In this document: one piece after another, positions 24,465-37,050 of the stretch
Position numbering within the stretch: position 1 is the stretch's first letter
Layout of the letters: each line of letters opens with the position of its first letter
Source: Camelus ferus
Taxonomy: Eukaryota
DNA length: 64,000 nt
Assembly: GCF_009834535.1 (NCBI RefSeq)
Contig: NC_045707.1
Span: forward strand, 61,072,001-61,136,000
Direction: 5' to 3'
Translations under genes and position numbers: made by a program
The notes under the pieces: generated by a model
What the model was told of the DNA's origin: nothing
Seen by the model: only the letters and a program-made list of their open reading frames with translations
Database searches by the model: none

Positions 24465-24660
24465 TGAACAATTATTCATTGAGCATCTACCATATGTGAT
24501 GCCCTGGGCAAACATGATCAATGAAACATAGTCCTTCCCTTAAGGAGGTGACATCCCCTTATGGAGGTGACCTACTAAGAGGGGAAAACACGATCACAAA
24601 CAAATGTAGACAATACAATGTGAGAACATGTTATTAAGGGTGGGTGCAATGTTGACTGCG
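24465..24660 (-). mobile_element. L2 fragment
   Basis: ATTCATTGAGCATCTACCATATG...CATAGTCCTTCCCTTAAGGAG. Contains a 19-nt-period tandem duplication at 24537-24571. Confidence 0.65.
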
Positions 24661-25146
24661 AACAGGTCTTTCTCAAGGGTTCCCCACGCCAGTGGCATCC
24701 ATTCCATCTCAGGAGACTTCTGCCAGCCTGAGAGGTCAGTGTAGGTCATTACCTGGCAACAGGGCAGTGGTAAGAACAGAGGAATGGAGATTGAGGGGAT
24801 GAGTCAGGGACTATGAGCCAGCACCACCTCTTCTGTGAACAGAGGACTGTATTGGCCAAGAGTTGGCCTCTGAGTCTCCCTGACCAGCCCCTTGGCTTTA
24901 TGAAGTGCAGAAGAAACAAAAGTTAACAACATGTAAGATAATTATGCTTTCCTCTCACAAAGAGAACATTTCTTGATACTATCTCCTCTTCTTCCTCTCC
25001 TTATTTAATTAAAATTGGGTGAGTTAGTCTGTAAAACTTTTTTGAAGACAATTTAAGAAGAAACTGGATGAAAACCTGTCTGGAACCTGGTTAGGAAATT
25101 TTTTTTTTTAGTTAAAAAAATGTTTTCTTAAACCTCCCTTAAAATA

Positions 25147-25230
25147 TTTTTTTTTTAGGGGGGAGAATTAGGTTTATATATGTGTGTATGTATGTGTATG
25201 TATATATATACACACACACACAATTTATAT

Positions 25231-25298
<68 letters not shown>

Positions 25299-25375
25299 TG
25301 GAGGTACTGTGGATTGAACCCAGTACCTCTTGCATACTAAGCATGCGCTCTACCACTGAACTATACCCTCCCCCC
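25147..25375 (-). mobile_element. tRNA-Ala-derived camelid SINE (vic-1 type) with expanded internal microsatellite
   Basis: Minus strand reads GGGGGAGGGTATAGTTCAGTGGTAGAGCGCATGCTTAGTATGCAAGAGGTACTGGGTTCAATCCACAGTACCTCCA (A and B boxes), then (AAAT)n, then AAACCTAATTCTCCCCCC and poly-A. Confidence 0.9.
25175..25296. repeat. Compound microsatellite: TA/TG/CA tracts plus (ATTT)17
   Basis: 17 perfect ATTT units at 25229-25296, preceded by TA/TG/CA tracts. Confidence 0.95.
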
Positions 25376-27559
25376 TTGGAGATTGTTTTAAAGAGATGGT
25401 GGTTCCTGGAGCCTGGGTCCTGAATGCTCAGGGATGCATTTGAGAATAATGAACAATGCGGACAGAAGAGACACTCAGCACAAGGTGTACTGACACGGAA
25501 ATATTGCTCTGAGCACTTGGACCCTCCCTACCCCAGGAACAGTTGAGGAACAGATGATTTTGCAAACAGGAGGAACCAAAACTTGGCACCAACCTTTGGA
25601 AGTACATGTTAGCTGATGCCAATAAATGAAAATGAGAATGCTTCAGAATCAGAACTTGCTAAATAATGGGAAGAATCTACCTACCTTTAGGAAGCCATCT
25701 GTCCAAACATCATGTATTAAAGTGTCTCTGTGGATTGCAGTGTTAAAGAAGGTGCAGTAAAATATTGCGTAAATATCCTCCCTTTAGAGAAGGATGCCAA
25801 TTATGAAAAATTACGAAAACATTGACAGAAAAGAAATAGTTCTTAAGAAGATATAGGTCTTCTCTTCCTTTAGCTATTCTCCCCCTTTTTTCCCCCTGGG
25901 AGAGAGACAACTTCAAATAGAAATAGGATCTCCTGAAATGGGAACTTTCAAAAGTCTCTGAACTCCCCAGGGAAGAGACTTGACTTAAGATCCAGAAATA
26001 GCAGAAAAGGGAAAATGGCTTCAGCAAGCCCTTGGTCCACTTGTGTATGAATGGGAGAGTTGCTTCTAGGCTGTCTTAGTAAGAGGAACCTCATAAAATA
26101 TGAATTAGCAAATTCAGCCTGATAGACACTGTTTCTTTGCTTGTTTGCCTTAAAGGAACTAGAAGAAGTTCTGATTTAACATTTTTGGTTGGTGGCATTC
26201 CCCGAATTGTGCATGGTGTCATTTCAGGTCAGTGGTTGTGTTTTGAATATCTGTGTCCATTATCAGTGCTGTAGAGGCACACCAAAAACTTAGATATGAT
26301 TCTTACTTGTGTTCTTTGGCCAGACCTGGGATAAGACTCGTGGGATGAAAATGTGTTGGGATTGTTGAATAAATTAAAAAATATACCCTATAAGACAGTG
26401 TGATCATAATATTATTTGCAGATAATTGATAGTTGATCTGACTTTTTGAGAATCCAGACCTTGCTTGGTAGCAAATGGAACATAACTAAGGCCCCCCAAA
26501 CCCAGTCTCTGAGATGTTATGTGTTTTTCTTTCTGCTGTTTCTCAAATAGTGATTGGAATTTGGGGGTGGAGTGGGGAAGCGGGTGAGCTTGAAGCTGTA
26601 TGTTAGGGAGAGAAGCCCTTTTCAAATTGAGTACTTTGTTTACTGAATATCTGGCTTTTCAACGAGAGAGTATTTAATCCAAAGTGAAATTGGTGGATTT
26701 CACAGATGTATTTATTCCTCTATAATTAAAAGATCAGCCCCGTACAGTTCTTTTCTTTAAAGATTATTCTACAATGTGAATAAACCATTCTCAGAAATGA
26801 CAGCTTCTCTTTTCTGAAACCTTTCATCTCTTCTACAGCTGATTAAAAGGGCTGCTCATGGTCTTTCTCAGCTGCTCATAAGGAATAAAAAGCAAACCAG
26901 TGCAGCAGAAAGAGATGAAGAAAGATGCCTTTGTTCCTGATCACGTGCCTGCAGAGAGAACACCACTGCCCTTGAGGCGCTCTCTTGAGTGGGTTCAGGA
27001 ACGTCCCCCTTCCTGTAGCGGTCTGCACCATTCTCTCACAGCGCTGCATGAAAAAGCAGCACTGTTCCCCTGGGGCCGTGCCCCCGCCATCGAAGCTGCC
27101 ACTGCCACCTCCGTTCCCCTTTTCCCAGACAACAGAGAGGAACTGCTCACAGCGCAACGTATTTATTTATTCCCTCTGCCTGGTGGAAACTGTTTCAAAG
27201 AAAGTAACAAGGATGACATGGCATTAGAAGTTTCAAAAAATGGAAGTATATTTAAAAATGTAATCTGTCTGCATTATAGGAAAGTAAAGTGGTGTCTGTT
27301 TCGGGAAGTTGCAAAGGAACAGATCAGCACAGTTGTCAGGGAGGGAGGGCGGGAGGGCGGAAGGCGGAAGGAAAGAGATCTCTGTATCTTCTCTCTTTCT
27401 GAGGCAGCCCATGACTATAGTTTGTACTCACATCTGAATTATCTGCCCAATCAATGTGATATGTTTGTTTTGATCTAAACTTTACAAATTTCCTTGACAA
27501 ATAAGGCATCTGGTCTTTGGGAACCTTAAAATCCTGAATTCTGTAATTTCTCACTCTTA

Positions 27560-27708
27560 GAATCTTCATGATCTAGATTCCTGGTGGGCTCTTTATGGTT
27601 TTTTTAGTATGTTGATGATTTATTGTTGTTTGTAGCCCTGGCCTCCATGCAGAGCCTTGCATATACCAGATGCTCCATTAATGTTTCCTGAAGAAGTGAA
27701 TGAATAGA
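27560..27708 (+). mobile_element. L2 3' end
   Basis: GCAGAGCCTTGCATATACCAGATGCTCCATTAATGTTTCCTGAAGAAGTGAATGAAT. Confidence 0.6.
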
Positions 27709-28304
27709 AAAGTGAAGAGGCCAAAATATTAAACTGTTTACTGAAAATCTGATGAGTAATCCTTTCTCCTTAGGAATATTCTGGTATTGATATCAGGTTC
27801 AAGTATTAGGCTCCTCTGAAAAAGGGGCTTATTTCCTTTGGGCTATTACTGAGCTGGATGGCTAGAACATAAACTTTGGGGAAACATTCAGTAGAATGGC
27901 CACTGGGGGTAAGATAAGGGGAAATTTGGCCAGAGTAAATTGGGTCCCATTTCTCTTCAGGAAAGTCTTTGTTTAGTTGCCTATCTGGGATTTCATAGGC
28001 TGTTAATGTTTCTTTGAGTATAAAGAAGAGAATGAAGGGAAACACTGAAGATCTGGTTGAATCTATGTAGGAAGCTTCTTCTCTTCTTGTGAAAGCCATA
28101 AATCTGTTCTCCTGTATCAATGGGGCAAGGCATGTTGGCCCACTGGATGGGCCATTGAAATGAATACTGTGTTGGCCACTGGTGTGGTCTGTGTGTGCTC
28201 AGATGGGGCACGCATACCACCTTACCCTTCCTTCCAGTAGCAGGGGTATGGGTGGCCCAGTAGCAATGCAGTTTTCTTCTCCAAGGTCTCCAAGGAGACG
28301 GGCC

Positions 28305-28688
28305 TGTATGGGTTTTCTAAGGCTACTATCACAATTACCACAGACTGGCTTAAACAACAGAAATGTATTTTCTCATAGTCTTAGAATTTAGGAGTCTGAG
28401 ATCGAGGTGTTGATAGGGTTGGTTTCCTCTGAGGTCCCTCTCCTTGCATGTAGATGGCCAGCTTCTCCCAGTGTCTTCACACGGTCTTCCCTCTGTGTGT
28501 GTCTGTGTCCAAATTTCCTCTTCTTATAAAGACACCAGTCATACTGAAGAGGGCCCACCCTAATGATCTCATTCAACCTTAATCATCCTGTTAAAGGCCC
28601 TATCTCTAAATATAGTCACATTCTGTGGTACTGGAGGGCCAGGGCTTCAACATATGAATTTTAGGGGGATGTAATTTTGTTCATAACA
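28305..28688 (-). mobile_element. MaLR solo LTR (MLT1B-like)
   Basis: TGT...ACA ends and a near-perfect 5-bp TSD GGGCC/GGGCA. Internal GGCTTAAACAACAGAAATGTATTTTCTCATAGT and TTCTTATAAAGACACCAGTCATA. Confidence 0.9.
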
Positions 28689-29131
28689 GGGCACTAGCAG
28701 CCAGATCCTTGTTCCACCATTGGATATAAGTTATTTTACCTCTGGAGGAAAATGCAACTATGAAAATGGAGAATAGTTAACTCCTAATTATAAGCAAAAG
28801 TAATCAGAAAAAGTTGGAGATGTTGAAATAAAGCTAAAGGGCAGTAATATAGCTGAATGTGATTAATTAAAACAAAACAACCACATTCCCCTACATTGGG
28901 ATTGAAAAAGAGATTCCTAGCATGCAGGAAGAAAAATGTAGTTTTCCACTCAAACAGTATATCTTACTGTGCCCCTCAAGGCTTTTAAGAAATGAGCAAT
29001 TTGAAGGGTGAAGGAAATTATAAAAGTGTAGGAAAACACACAATGGAGAAAAGATGAGAAAAATGAAAATATGTAGCTCAACAAAAGCTGAGAGGTGAAA
29101 AAGAAGGCTCCCTGATTTGCAGAATGGGAGG

Positions 29132-29391
29132 TGTCTTGGTCAGCTTGGGCTGTTACAAATTACCACAGAGTGAGTGGCTTGAGCAACAGACGTTTCTCAA
29201 AGTTCTGAGGCTGAGGAGACTAAGATCTGGTGGGCAGATATGGTGTCTGGGGAGGGCCAGCTTCCTGGTTTGCAGATGGCTGTCATCTTCTTAAAGACCC
29301 CACCCGCCGCCTAGTGCTGCCACATTGATGGTTAAGAATTCAACATATGAATTTGCGGGGGAGGCTGGACACAAACATTTAATTTGCAACA
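29132..29391 (-). mobile_element. MaLR LTR (MLT1A-like), internally deleted
   Basis: TGTCTTGGTCAGCTTGGGCTG...TACCACAGA..GTGGCTT and the terminus CAACATATGAATTTG..GGACACAAACATT...AACA. Confidence 0.8.
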
Positions 29392-29642
29392 GTTGGGTTA
29401 TACTATAGGTTATTGGGTAGTGTGGGCAGAGAGAATGTCCATTTTCACTGATATCAAAAGATTCCTCTAAAAAATTGTGAAAGAAATAAGCACTTATATG
29501 AATGGGTTTGTTTGTTTGTTTTGGTTGATAGAAAACTCAAAGGGCTTATCCTTAAGATGCCTTTTAGAGAGAACGAATGATGTTGAATTTTGAGTCTTGA
29601 AACACAATAGAGAGATTAAAAAGTTCAAGCCTAGAATCAAGA

Positions 29643-29770
29643 ACAGAGAATCACTGACAATTAGGGCTAGAAGAGATCTGTGATCTTCTGGACCAGCTTT
29701 CTCCTTTTATAGGAAGCTACAGAAGTCTCAATTCCAAGGTCACTCAGCTGGCATGCAGAATTGCTGGTGC
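29643..29770 (-). mobile_element. MIR3-like fragment
   Basis: TTAGGGCTAGAAGAGATCTGTGATC...CCAAGGTCACTCAGCTGG. Confidence 0.5.
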
Positions 29771-31374
29771 AGGTGTCATTTTTGCTTTTTTACTACTTAG
29801 ATTGATGTCAGGCAAGTTACTCAAACACATCATGTTACATGTAGATAGGGTAGCGTATGAACTGCAGGAGGTGTAATGAGAATTTAATGATTTAAAATAT
29901 TGAGTCCTATGTGATTGAAAATGTACAGGAGTCCCATGTGGCTCAAAAATCCTAGCATTTTAAAGAGGTAATTAAAATGAAAATGTGAACATATGGCACT
30001 TTATTTAATGTCCTTTTTGTAAAGCTGGAACTCGAGGGAAAAATCTGTGATTTGACTGCTCACAGCACCCCATGTAATAATGCTTTTATTGCAACTATCT
30101 GATTTTCTATCATAGAAGCAGAAAGCATAGCATTATTTATTGCAAAAGGACCTTCTATTGTTTCCTGCTTCTTTTTCTTCCTACATAGCTTTGTTTTCCC
30201 ATTTTGAGAAAGTTTTATGGTAAGAAAAAAATTCACATTTTTTTTTTCATGCTGAGGGCCAGTATTTAAACTCTAGAAGAGAAATTTTTATGTTAATAAT
30301 TCATCCTATCTTTAGATTTTTTGTCGTTGAATCTTGTTGAACAGTAGGATTGTGCTCTGGATCTACTTGAACTATCTTAAAAATATAGAAGACTATTTTA
30401 CTGGTAAGGAATTTGAAAATATATCATAACATGCTTATCCAATTAAACTTCTGAGTCATAATTTTAAAAGTAAGCTTATTAACTTAAATGCGAGAGACAT
30501 TTTTGAAAGGCATATACTTACTTCATTCAGTATTTGCTGAAGTTTGATAATGGTTCAAACTTTCCCATCCTAGAAATGGTAGAATAAATCAAGTTAAATT
30601 TTTAAGAATGGTACCCTGACTTTGGCCAAGCCTAGTCTATTTAACATACATATTCATGAGTTAAAAAAAAATCCCTCAGCATCTGAGAGAGTTTCCTTTT
30701 CAATTGTATTCTTTTTTAAAAAGTGGTTGAATTTTGAAAATTTTACCCCTTTTTATTTCTTCCAATCACATAGTCACACCTTCTTAGCATCTTTCATTAC
30801 TTAATGAGGAAGATGGTGCTTCATTTTGCTAGCGAGGAAGCTGAGTATCTGAAATTCTGAGCTCAGTATTCATTGAGCTGTTGCGTCTTGAATTTGTTGT
30901 TGGGTAAGTGTGAGGTTGAGTGGAAGAGTTTTCTTTTTAAAAATTCTGTCTTCTCATGTGTGTACTGAGGTTCCTAAGGCAGGAGATTTGGGCTGATCAG
31001 GAGTCTTATCACCATCAAGACCTGACAGTTGACCTGGGAGAGAACAGGGAGAGGATGGCAACTGAAATTTGAACAGCAGAACAATGGGGTTAAGACTCAA
31101 AGAATGAGCTCCCTTCACTTCTTGGGAAGTTTCCTTTAAAGGCAAGGAGTTCAGCCTCAGGGAAGAGATCTGAGGAGCCTGGACTACATCTTAGGATGCT
31201 GGCTCACTGTTTTTGAGAGTAAATCTCCAAGTTGTGTCAACCTGGGAGACAGAGTTCCAATTTTTTTTTTTTTTTTCCACAAGAGAGGGAGAAAACCTGA
31301 GAAAGCAAGGCCACTCTTCTGAAAGCTTTATAAGAATCATATTCCTGATGGGGAGAGGAGCCTCTTCCAACCTA

Positions 31375-32390
31375 TGCATGTTCATTTGTTCATTCATTCA
31401 TTCACTCGTTCATTCACACATGGAGTTATGTGACAGCACTGAGATGCTAGAAAGCTTAGCAGAACAAAACTTCAGCCCTCCTAGAGCTTGCTTTCTAATA
31501 CAGGAGGTAGGTAATAAATGTGTATCATAGGGATGAAGGGTTATAAATAAAACGAAAGCAGGATAAGGAGATGAGAGGTGTGGTAGTGGGCAGTGGGCAG
31601 TGGGCAGGAATTGTATTGCCTTGAAGCTCAAGCTCTCTACAAGGGACCTTGAAAGAAGTGTGGAAATGAGCTACGTAGACAGGTGCAGAAGGGCACCTCG
31701 AGGAGTGAGAACAGGTGTTCACTTAGTATACGCAAGGAGCCATTAGCAAGCCAGGTTTGCTGCATCACAGTGACTGGGGGTGGGGGTGGTGTAGGATATG
31801 ATCAAAGAAAGATGGAGTTGTGGGACAGATTACAAAGGATCTGGTAGATTCTTGAATTCTGCTTTGACTCTGAGTTGGAAGCCATTTGAGGGTTTTGATC
31901 AGAAGAGTGACATAATATGACTTTTAAAAGGACCACTCTGATGATGGAGTGAGAGAATAACTCTGGAGGGGTCAGAGTGGGAGCAGGAAGCCCAGTTGGG
32001 AGGCGACAGCAGTAATCCAGCAAGAGGCAGTGGCAGCTTGGACCAGGGTGGACGTGATGTGGGTGTGAGAAGTGGGGGAGTCTGGATCTCTGATGTGAGA
32101 GGAAAACGATTAGCTGGTGGGTTAAATGACTGGTAGGGGAGAAAGAGAGGAGGCACGGATGGCTACAAGGTTTGAGGTTTCCCGTCATTGTGGTAGGGAA
32201 TTGGTCTGAAGAGCAGGATGGGTTCTGATTTAGGAAACATAGTCTGACATGACTATTAGGTACCTAAGTGGTGATACTGACAAGGTGGTTAGATAGATAA
32301 GCGTGGGATTCTGGGGAAGTTAGTGCTGAAAGTCTTAATTTGGGAGTTGTCCACGTATGGGTGGTACTTAAAGGCAAGGAGCAGTGATGA
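31375..32390 (-). mobile_element. L2 LINE, ~1 kb 3' portion
   Basis: (TTCA)n tail at ~31380-31420. Minus ORF 31802-32188 contains LDYCCRLPTGLPAPTLTP...RVVLLK, matching the L2 RT C-terminal LDYCNSLLxGLPA motif. Confidence 0.9.
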
Positions 32391-32769
32391 GAGGAACAAC
32401 AGGGCATTTGGCAATAGCAAGGTAGTAGCAGCTTGGCACAGGACCAAGAGCTGCTCTGGATTTAGGCTTTTGGCAGCAGGTGAGGGGAATGCAGTCAGTA
32501 GCTGCTAAAGAGAACTGTTGAGGACTGTGAAGGAGACTGGGTCACCTTGCGAAGAGAAGGAGAGCTGGTTGGTTTGGAGGAGTAGGGGGCCAGGGACACA
32601 GCTTGGTGAAGGCTCAGATCCAAAGACGCTTTCTGTTGCGGTTGTGACTTTTACCCAAAGCACATGCTGGTTTTGCCAGGCAGGTGTGCCTTGGTAAGGT
32701 AACAGCTACACCTTCACCCCTTGAATGAAAAAGCTACTTGTACTTTGGACAATTAGCTTCAAGTCTTCT

Positions 32770-32908
32770 ATTTCCTGATTGTAAGTTCCTTAAGAGAAAA
32801 ATACTACATTCTCATGTATTTTTATAATCTGCACAAACATAAGAAGCTTAGAACAGAAGACTTTATAAGTGGGAGGTGTTTAGCAAATATTTGTTTAATG
32901 GATTAATC
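32770..32908 (+). mobile_element. L2 3' end
   Basis: GATTGTAAGTTCCTTAAGAG...AGGTGTTTAGCAAATATTTGTTTAATGGATTAAT. Confidence 0.6.
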
Positions 32909-34394
32909 AGAAAATTACCAAAAGTTTCAGAAATCTCCTAAAGGTGCTTGGACAGAGAGCAATTATCAGGAGGATTAGCTGTGCTGGGCTTTCCTGAACA
33001 AATGGCCTGCTCTGCTTGGGAAATGCCCTGAGAGTGTGTGTCTGGAATTGTGAGACTGTTCTGGAATCAATGACTGTGCGAGTGGCTTCTAGGTCTGATC
33101 TTTTTATGACGAAAAATTATTGGTTGCTTGGCTGCTTGTTTAAAAGTATTTGGCCCAAGTAAAAGTTTTTCTCTGTTATTGGCAGAATTACTCAAAAAAT
33201 ACATGCTTAAGCTGAGATTTCTAAGTAGGCTCTTGTAAAAACAAGCAATTACTTGCTCAAGGCAGTTAATTGCACTCACAGATGGGTGCTTGTGTTACCA
33301 ATTACTCATTTGCTCTTGTGATTACCATTTGCATTAATTCATGAAATCTAGGGGAATTCTTAGGTACTAAGAAAGGTTTTAGGCATTTAAAAAAACATAT
33401 TAGTACCATGCAAAGAGACTGGAGGGGAACAAAAGCTAAATATAAAATCCTAATCCAATGGCTCTATTTAGAGGACAGGTTTTGAAGCTCATGGTTGCTG
33501 GAGGTAAGAGGTTTACTTGACTACCTTGCTTAAGATGTTGCTGTTCACTCTATCAGTTTAAAAAAAGTGGAGGGGTAGAAATAAAAATAATGTTTCAGCA
33601 TTTCTTATTTTATTTTGTTTTTCTTGTGGCTTTCTGTTAATAATGATTTCTGTCAAACTTTGTACTTTGATGGCTTCTAGTATGCTAGAAGAGGTTTTTT
33701 TTTTGTTTGTTTCTTGTTTTTTCTCTAAAAGAAAATACACTCAACTTAAAGTTCTTTGAAATAACTTGAAATCATAAATCTGGGGGAAATGTGGGTAAAA
33801 ATCCCAAATCTTCCAAGGTTGTGGTGAAATGAGGAGGACATTTGCTGTTTGAAGTGATTGTCATGACAACTCCGTGCTCTGCTACATGGACAGGGAATAT
33901 GGACAGAAAAGGAAAGGACTTCACCTTCCCATCAAAATATGAGCACTAGCTTTAAGAATTCTTGTTCAAAATAATTGTTGAATAGTCTGCTGTGAACAGT
34001 CTGAAATAAATGTTTTGTGAGGAAAGATATCCTACGTTAAGATGTTCTCATGTGATATGTCAATTTTTAGTACTGAAAAGGGAATTAACTTGTCAAACTT
34101 TCTATTCTGTGGAAGCTATGAAAACCTTTAAAGTTTCTCAAGGCACTTTGCAGGATTTGTTGTTTTATTCTGGTAGTTGAATCTATTGTCCAAAACATTG
34201 TGGGGAAAGAAGACAGGAAGTAAACACATCCCGACGAGGCAGTTTAAATAATGTGAAACCCTCCGAGAGATCTAGCATAATCCTTGATTTGGAGGATTCC
34301 CAGTGATGATTGGGTTGGTTCTTGGAGTCTCTTTTTGTAGTCCATTGTCACACATACTCCTCCTGAACTGAGGAGATCTAACTCTATGGAGCAT

Positions 34395-34810
34395 TGTATT
34401 ACTTAGGATAGGCTAAGTTGTGCTTCGGTAACAAACAATCCCCAAGTCTCAGCAGCCTAAACAACAAAGGTGTACTTCTCTCTTGTGCTGTATGTTCATT
34501 GTGTGTCCACACCTGGGGTGGGGTTCTTGTTCATCAGTCACTCCAGGACCTGGATAGATCAAGCAGTCTCCATCACTAACATTTCTGGACATTGTGTCAG
34601 AGGGACAAGAGAGGTCTTAAAAGTCTTGCGTTATCAATTAAATGCTCCTTCTTGGAAGTGACTTTATTTCCCTCTGCTCACATGTTATTGACCATAACTA
34701 GTCATATGGCTCCACATAACATAAGGAGGCTAGAAAAGGCAGTCCTATCCTATGTCTGGGCAATAGAGTAAACCAGAAATATTTGGCAAACTGTAGTAAC
34801 AACTATCCCA
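34395..34810 (-). mobile_element. Old MaLR LTR (MLT1I/J-like)
   Basis: TGTATTACTTAGGATAGGCTAAGTTGTGCT..GTAACAAACAATCCCCAA.TCTCAG...CCAGAAATATTTGGCAAAC. Confidence 0.85.
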
Positions 34811-36424
34811 AGTGACTTTAGATTTAAATGGACCCCATAGGATGTTCTTTAATTGGTTCCAGGAGCCAAAGAACTGCCGTACTGGTACCCATGTTCTCCC
34901 TTCTTTATAGGTGACTTTTCTTTCACCATGTGAGTCTCTTAGTAGGTGGCTATACTATGGTACTGAAAGCTATGCGGTGTACATTTTTTTTTAACTCTCA
35001 TGAAAATGATTATTTCAGATAACTATGCGGTCACTACTTAGGTTTTTCTGAGACATTTGAGAAGCAATCCAACTATATTATTTGTCGTTGTATATAATGT
35101 TATCAGAATTCTAAAGCACTCAATTAAAACATTCGAAGTGATCTGAACTTGAATACCTATGCTGTTTCTTTTTGGCAGGGGGCATCTTTTCACATTCTAT
35201 CCCAGTTTTGAGGCATTTGAGCTTTTTGTTTTGGGAAATGTCAACAGATCAAGAATTGTGCTGAATCTGAAAACTCTAAAGAGGAGAATTGAATTCTCAA
35301 TTTGTCAGCCAAACCAACTCACAAAATAGAAAAATTAAGAGGAAAATAGATGAGGGGAAAAGTGGGGGTAGATGGACATTTATTCCTTATAGCTTCTTAA
35401 TTTTTTAAAAACTGAATTCTAGCCTTAGCAGTAATGTTTATTAAACAAAGTAGGTGGATAATGGTATAAAAATAGTTTGTGCTAATTCCAGTATTGACAT
35501 CTGATTTCTTCTCAAAGAGGACCTAGTGATAATACCAACTGGTATGTCTAAGGTAAAATGGTCTTTTTATTCTTTGTGATCTAGTCTAAGAGATCCTCTG
35601 CTTGCTTTATGATCTTTATTGCTAAGTCTTAGTCTTGGCTCAGGTATTTCTCAAAGTGCATTTTAAGTACTTGGTTACCATTAGCTAATTTCCATGAGAG
35701 CCTTTGCTCTCTTCCAATGTGAATTGCAGATTCTGATTGTGGATTGTGGCTATGCAGTGCTGCAGATCTCTGTTTTACCACTCTGAAGTCTATTTCCCTT
35801 TCTACCCCAGCTGCTGCTTCCTCTTTGGAATTCATAGTCTACGTTCTTAAAGATCAGTGTTCTTTCCTATGCTTGTGGTAATGAGTAGTAGGTATTTAGA
35901 CTCTTTTTCCTGGGAAGAGTCACTTCCCACCTGGAATGGATGCTGAAATCTGGTTACTTATTTTTATAAAGCCCTGATACTTTTCTGTTTGGTTCTGCAA
36001 GGAAGACTTAAATATCCCCTGTAGACAGTGGTTTCAGATAAGACTGTTTAATTGCTTTTTGACTGGTTTGCGTTACAATAGCGTTTTCAAACTCATTGTC
36101 TATTTTCAGTTCTGCTTCTGCTACTTCATAGTTATATTACACAGGCAGAATTATCAAGATTCCTCTTTGTCAAAATCTGTACAATCATTCAATCTCTCAA
36201 ATTGAAAATGGAGCTCGTCAGCTTTGCTTGTGCTAGTAAGTAACCCAGTGACACTGCGCATGGATGAGTGCTTAGTAAATTCATGCTTTTGATGGTGTAG
36301 GTGATTATACTGATGAAAACCATCATGCATGAACCAGTTTACCATTTTGTCCAGTGGTCTGCTTTAATGAACACACACACCATGGGAAACTGAGGCCGTA
36401 TATTGTCAGAGAGGAAAGTTGCAG

Positions 36425-36750
36425 AATCATGGAAGGTGAGAATTGGGAAACACATTTTTTTCTATTTTCAAACTTATAGAGCTATGAAACCCTTTCTCTA
36501 AGGAAAATCTTATGTGGAAATTCAGTATATAAACGGGTAACTGACCTGTTGTGGCTAATGACGTGTGGTGGTGGGAATGGGTCCTATAGACCCATGTTCT
36601 CCAGTCTCTACACCCCAAAGTTTCATGGTGCACAATTTGAAAACCACTAATGCTTACTGCCCTTTCTGTAGAGAGAAAAGCTGAGCCCAGAGAAGGTATA
36701 TGACTTCCCCAGGACCGTGGCAGAGCCAATACCATCCTGAGGTCTTCTCA
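36425..36750. mobile_element. Ancient hAT-like element embedded in MIR3-like sequence
   Basis: TTTTCAAACT...GAAACCCTTT..AAATCTTATGTGGAA...TTTGAAAACCACT has Charlie-like ends. It is followed by the MIR core GCTGAGCCCAGAGAAGG..TGACTTCCCCAGG. Confidence 0.55.
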
Positions 36751-36972
36751 TTTGCCTACTTTGCCCTTTTCATTAAAATATGGTCTCTTAGCAGTCAAAG
36801 AGTGTTGTGTGTAAACAAGAAGGGAACGGACACTTTGTGTTATTGCTACTGCTACTGCAAGAAAAATGTGTGAAAAAAAATCTTTTGAGGCCATTAAATA
36901 AGACTTTGTACCAAGAAGTTATGAAAGAGAAGAAAGTGGGCTTCAGCCAAGTCCCTGTAAAAGCAAAAAGAC

Positions 36973-36975
<3 letters not shown>

Positions 36976-37045
<70 letters not shown>

Positions 37046-37050
37046 GAGAG
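36976..37050. repeat. (GA)n microsatellite
   Basis: About 30 perfect GA units plus a degenerate tail. Confidence 0.97.

Noticed and set aside
24537..24571. Short direct repeats (also 2373-2393 and 59749-59770) as CRISPR-like or functional arrays
   Set aside because: Only two copies each with no spacers; these are ordinary slippage duplications in mammalian DNA.
25298..25375. tRNA-Ala gene (also 49057-49132)
   Set aside because: Substitutions disrupt the stems and anticodon loop, extra 5' Gs are present, and the SINE tail/poly-A follows. It is a tRNA-derived SINE.
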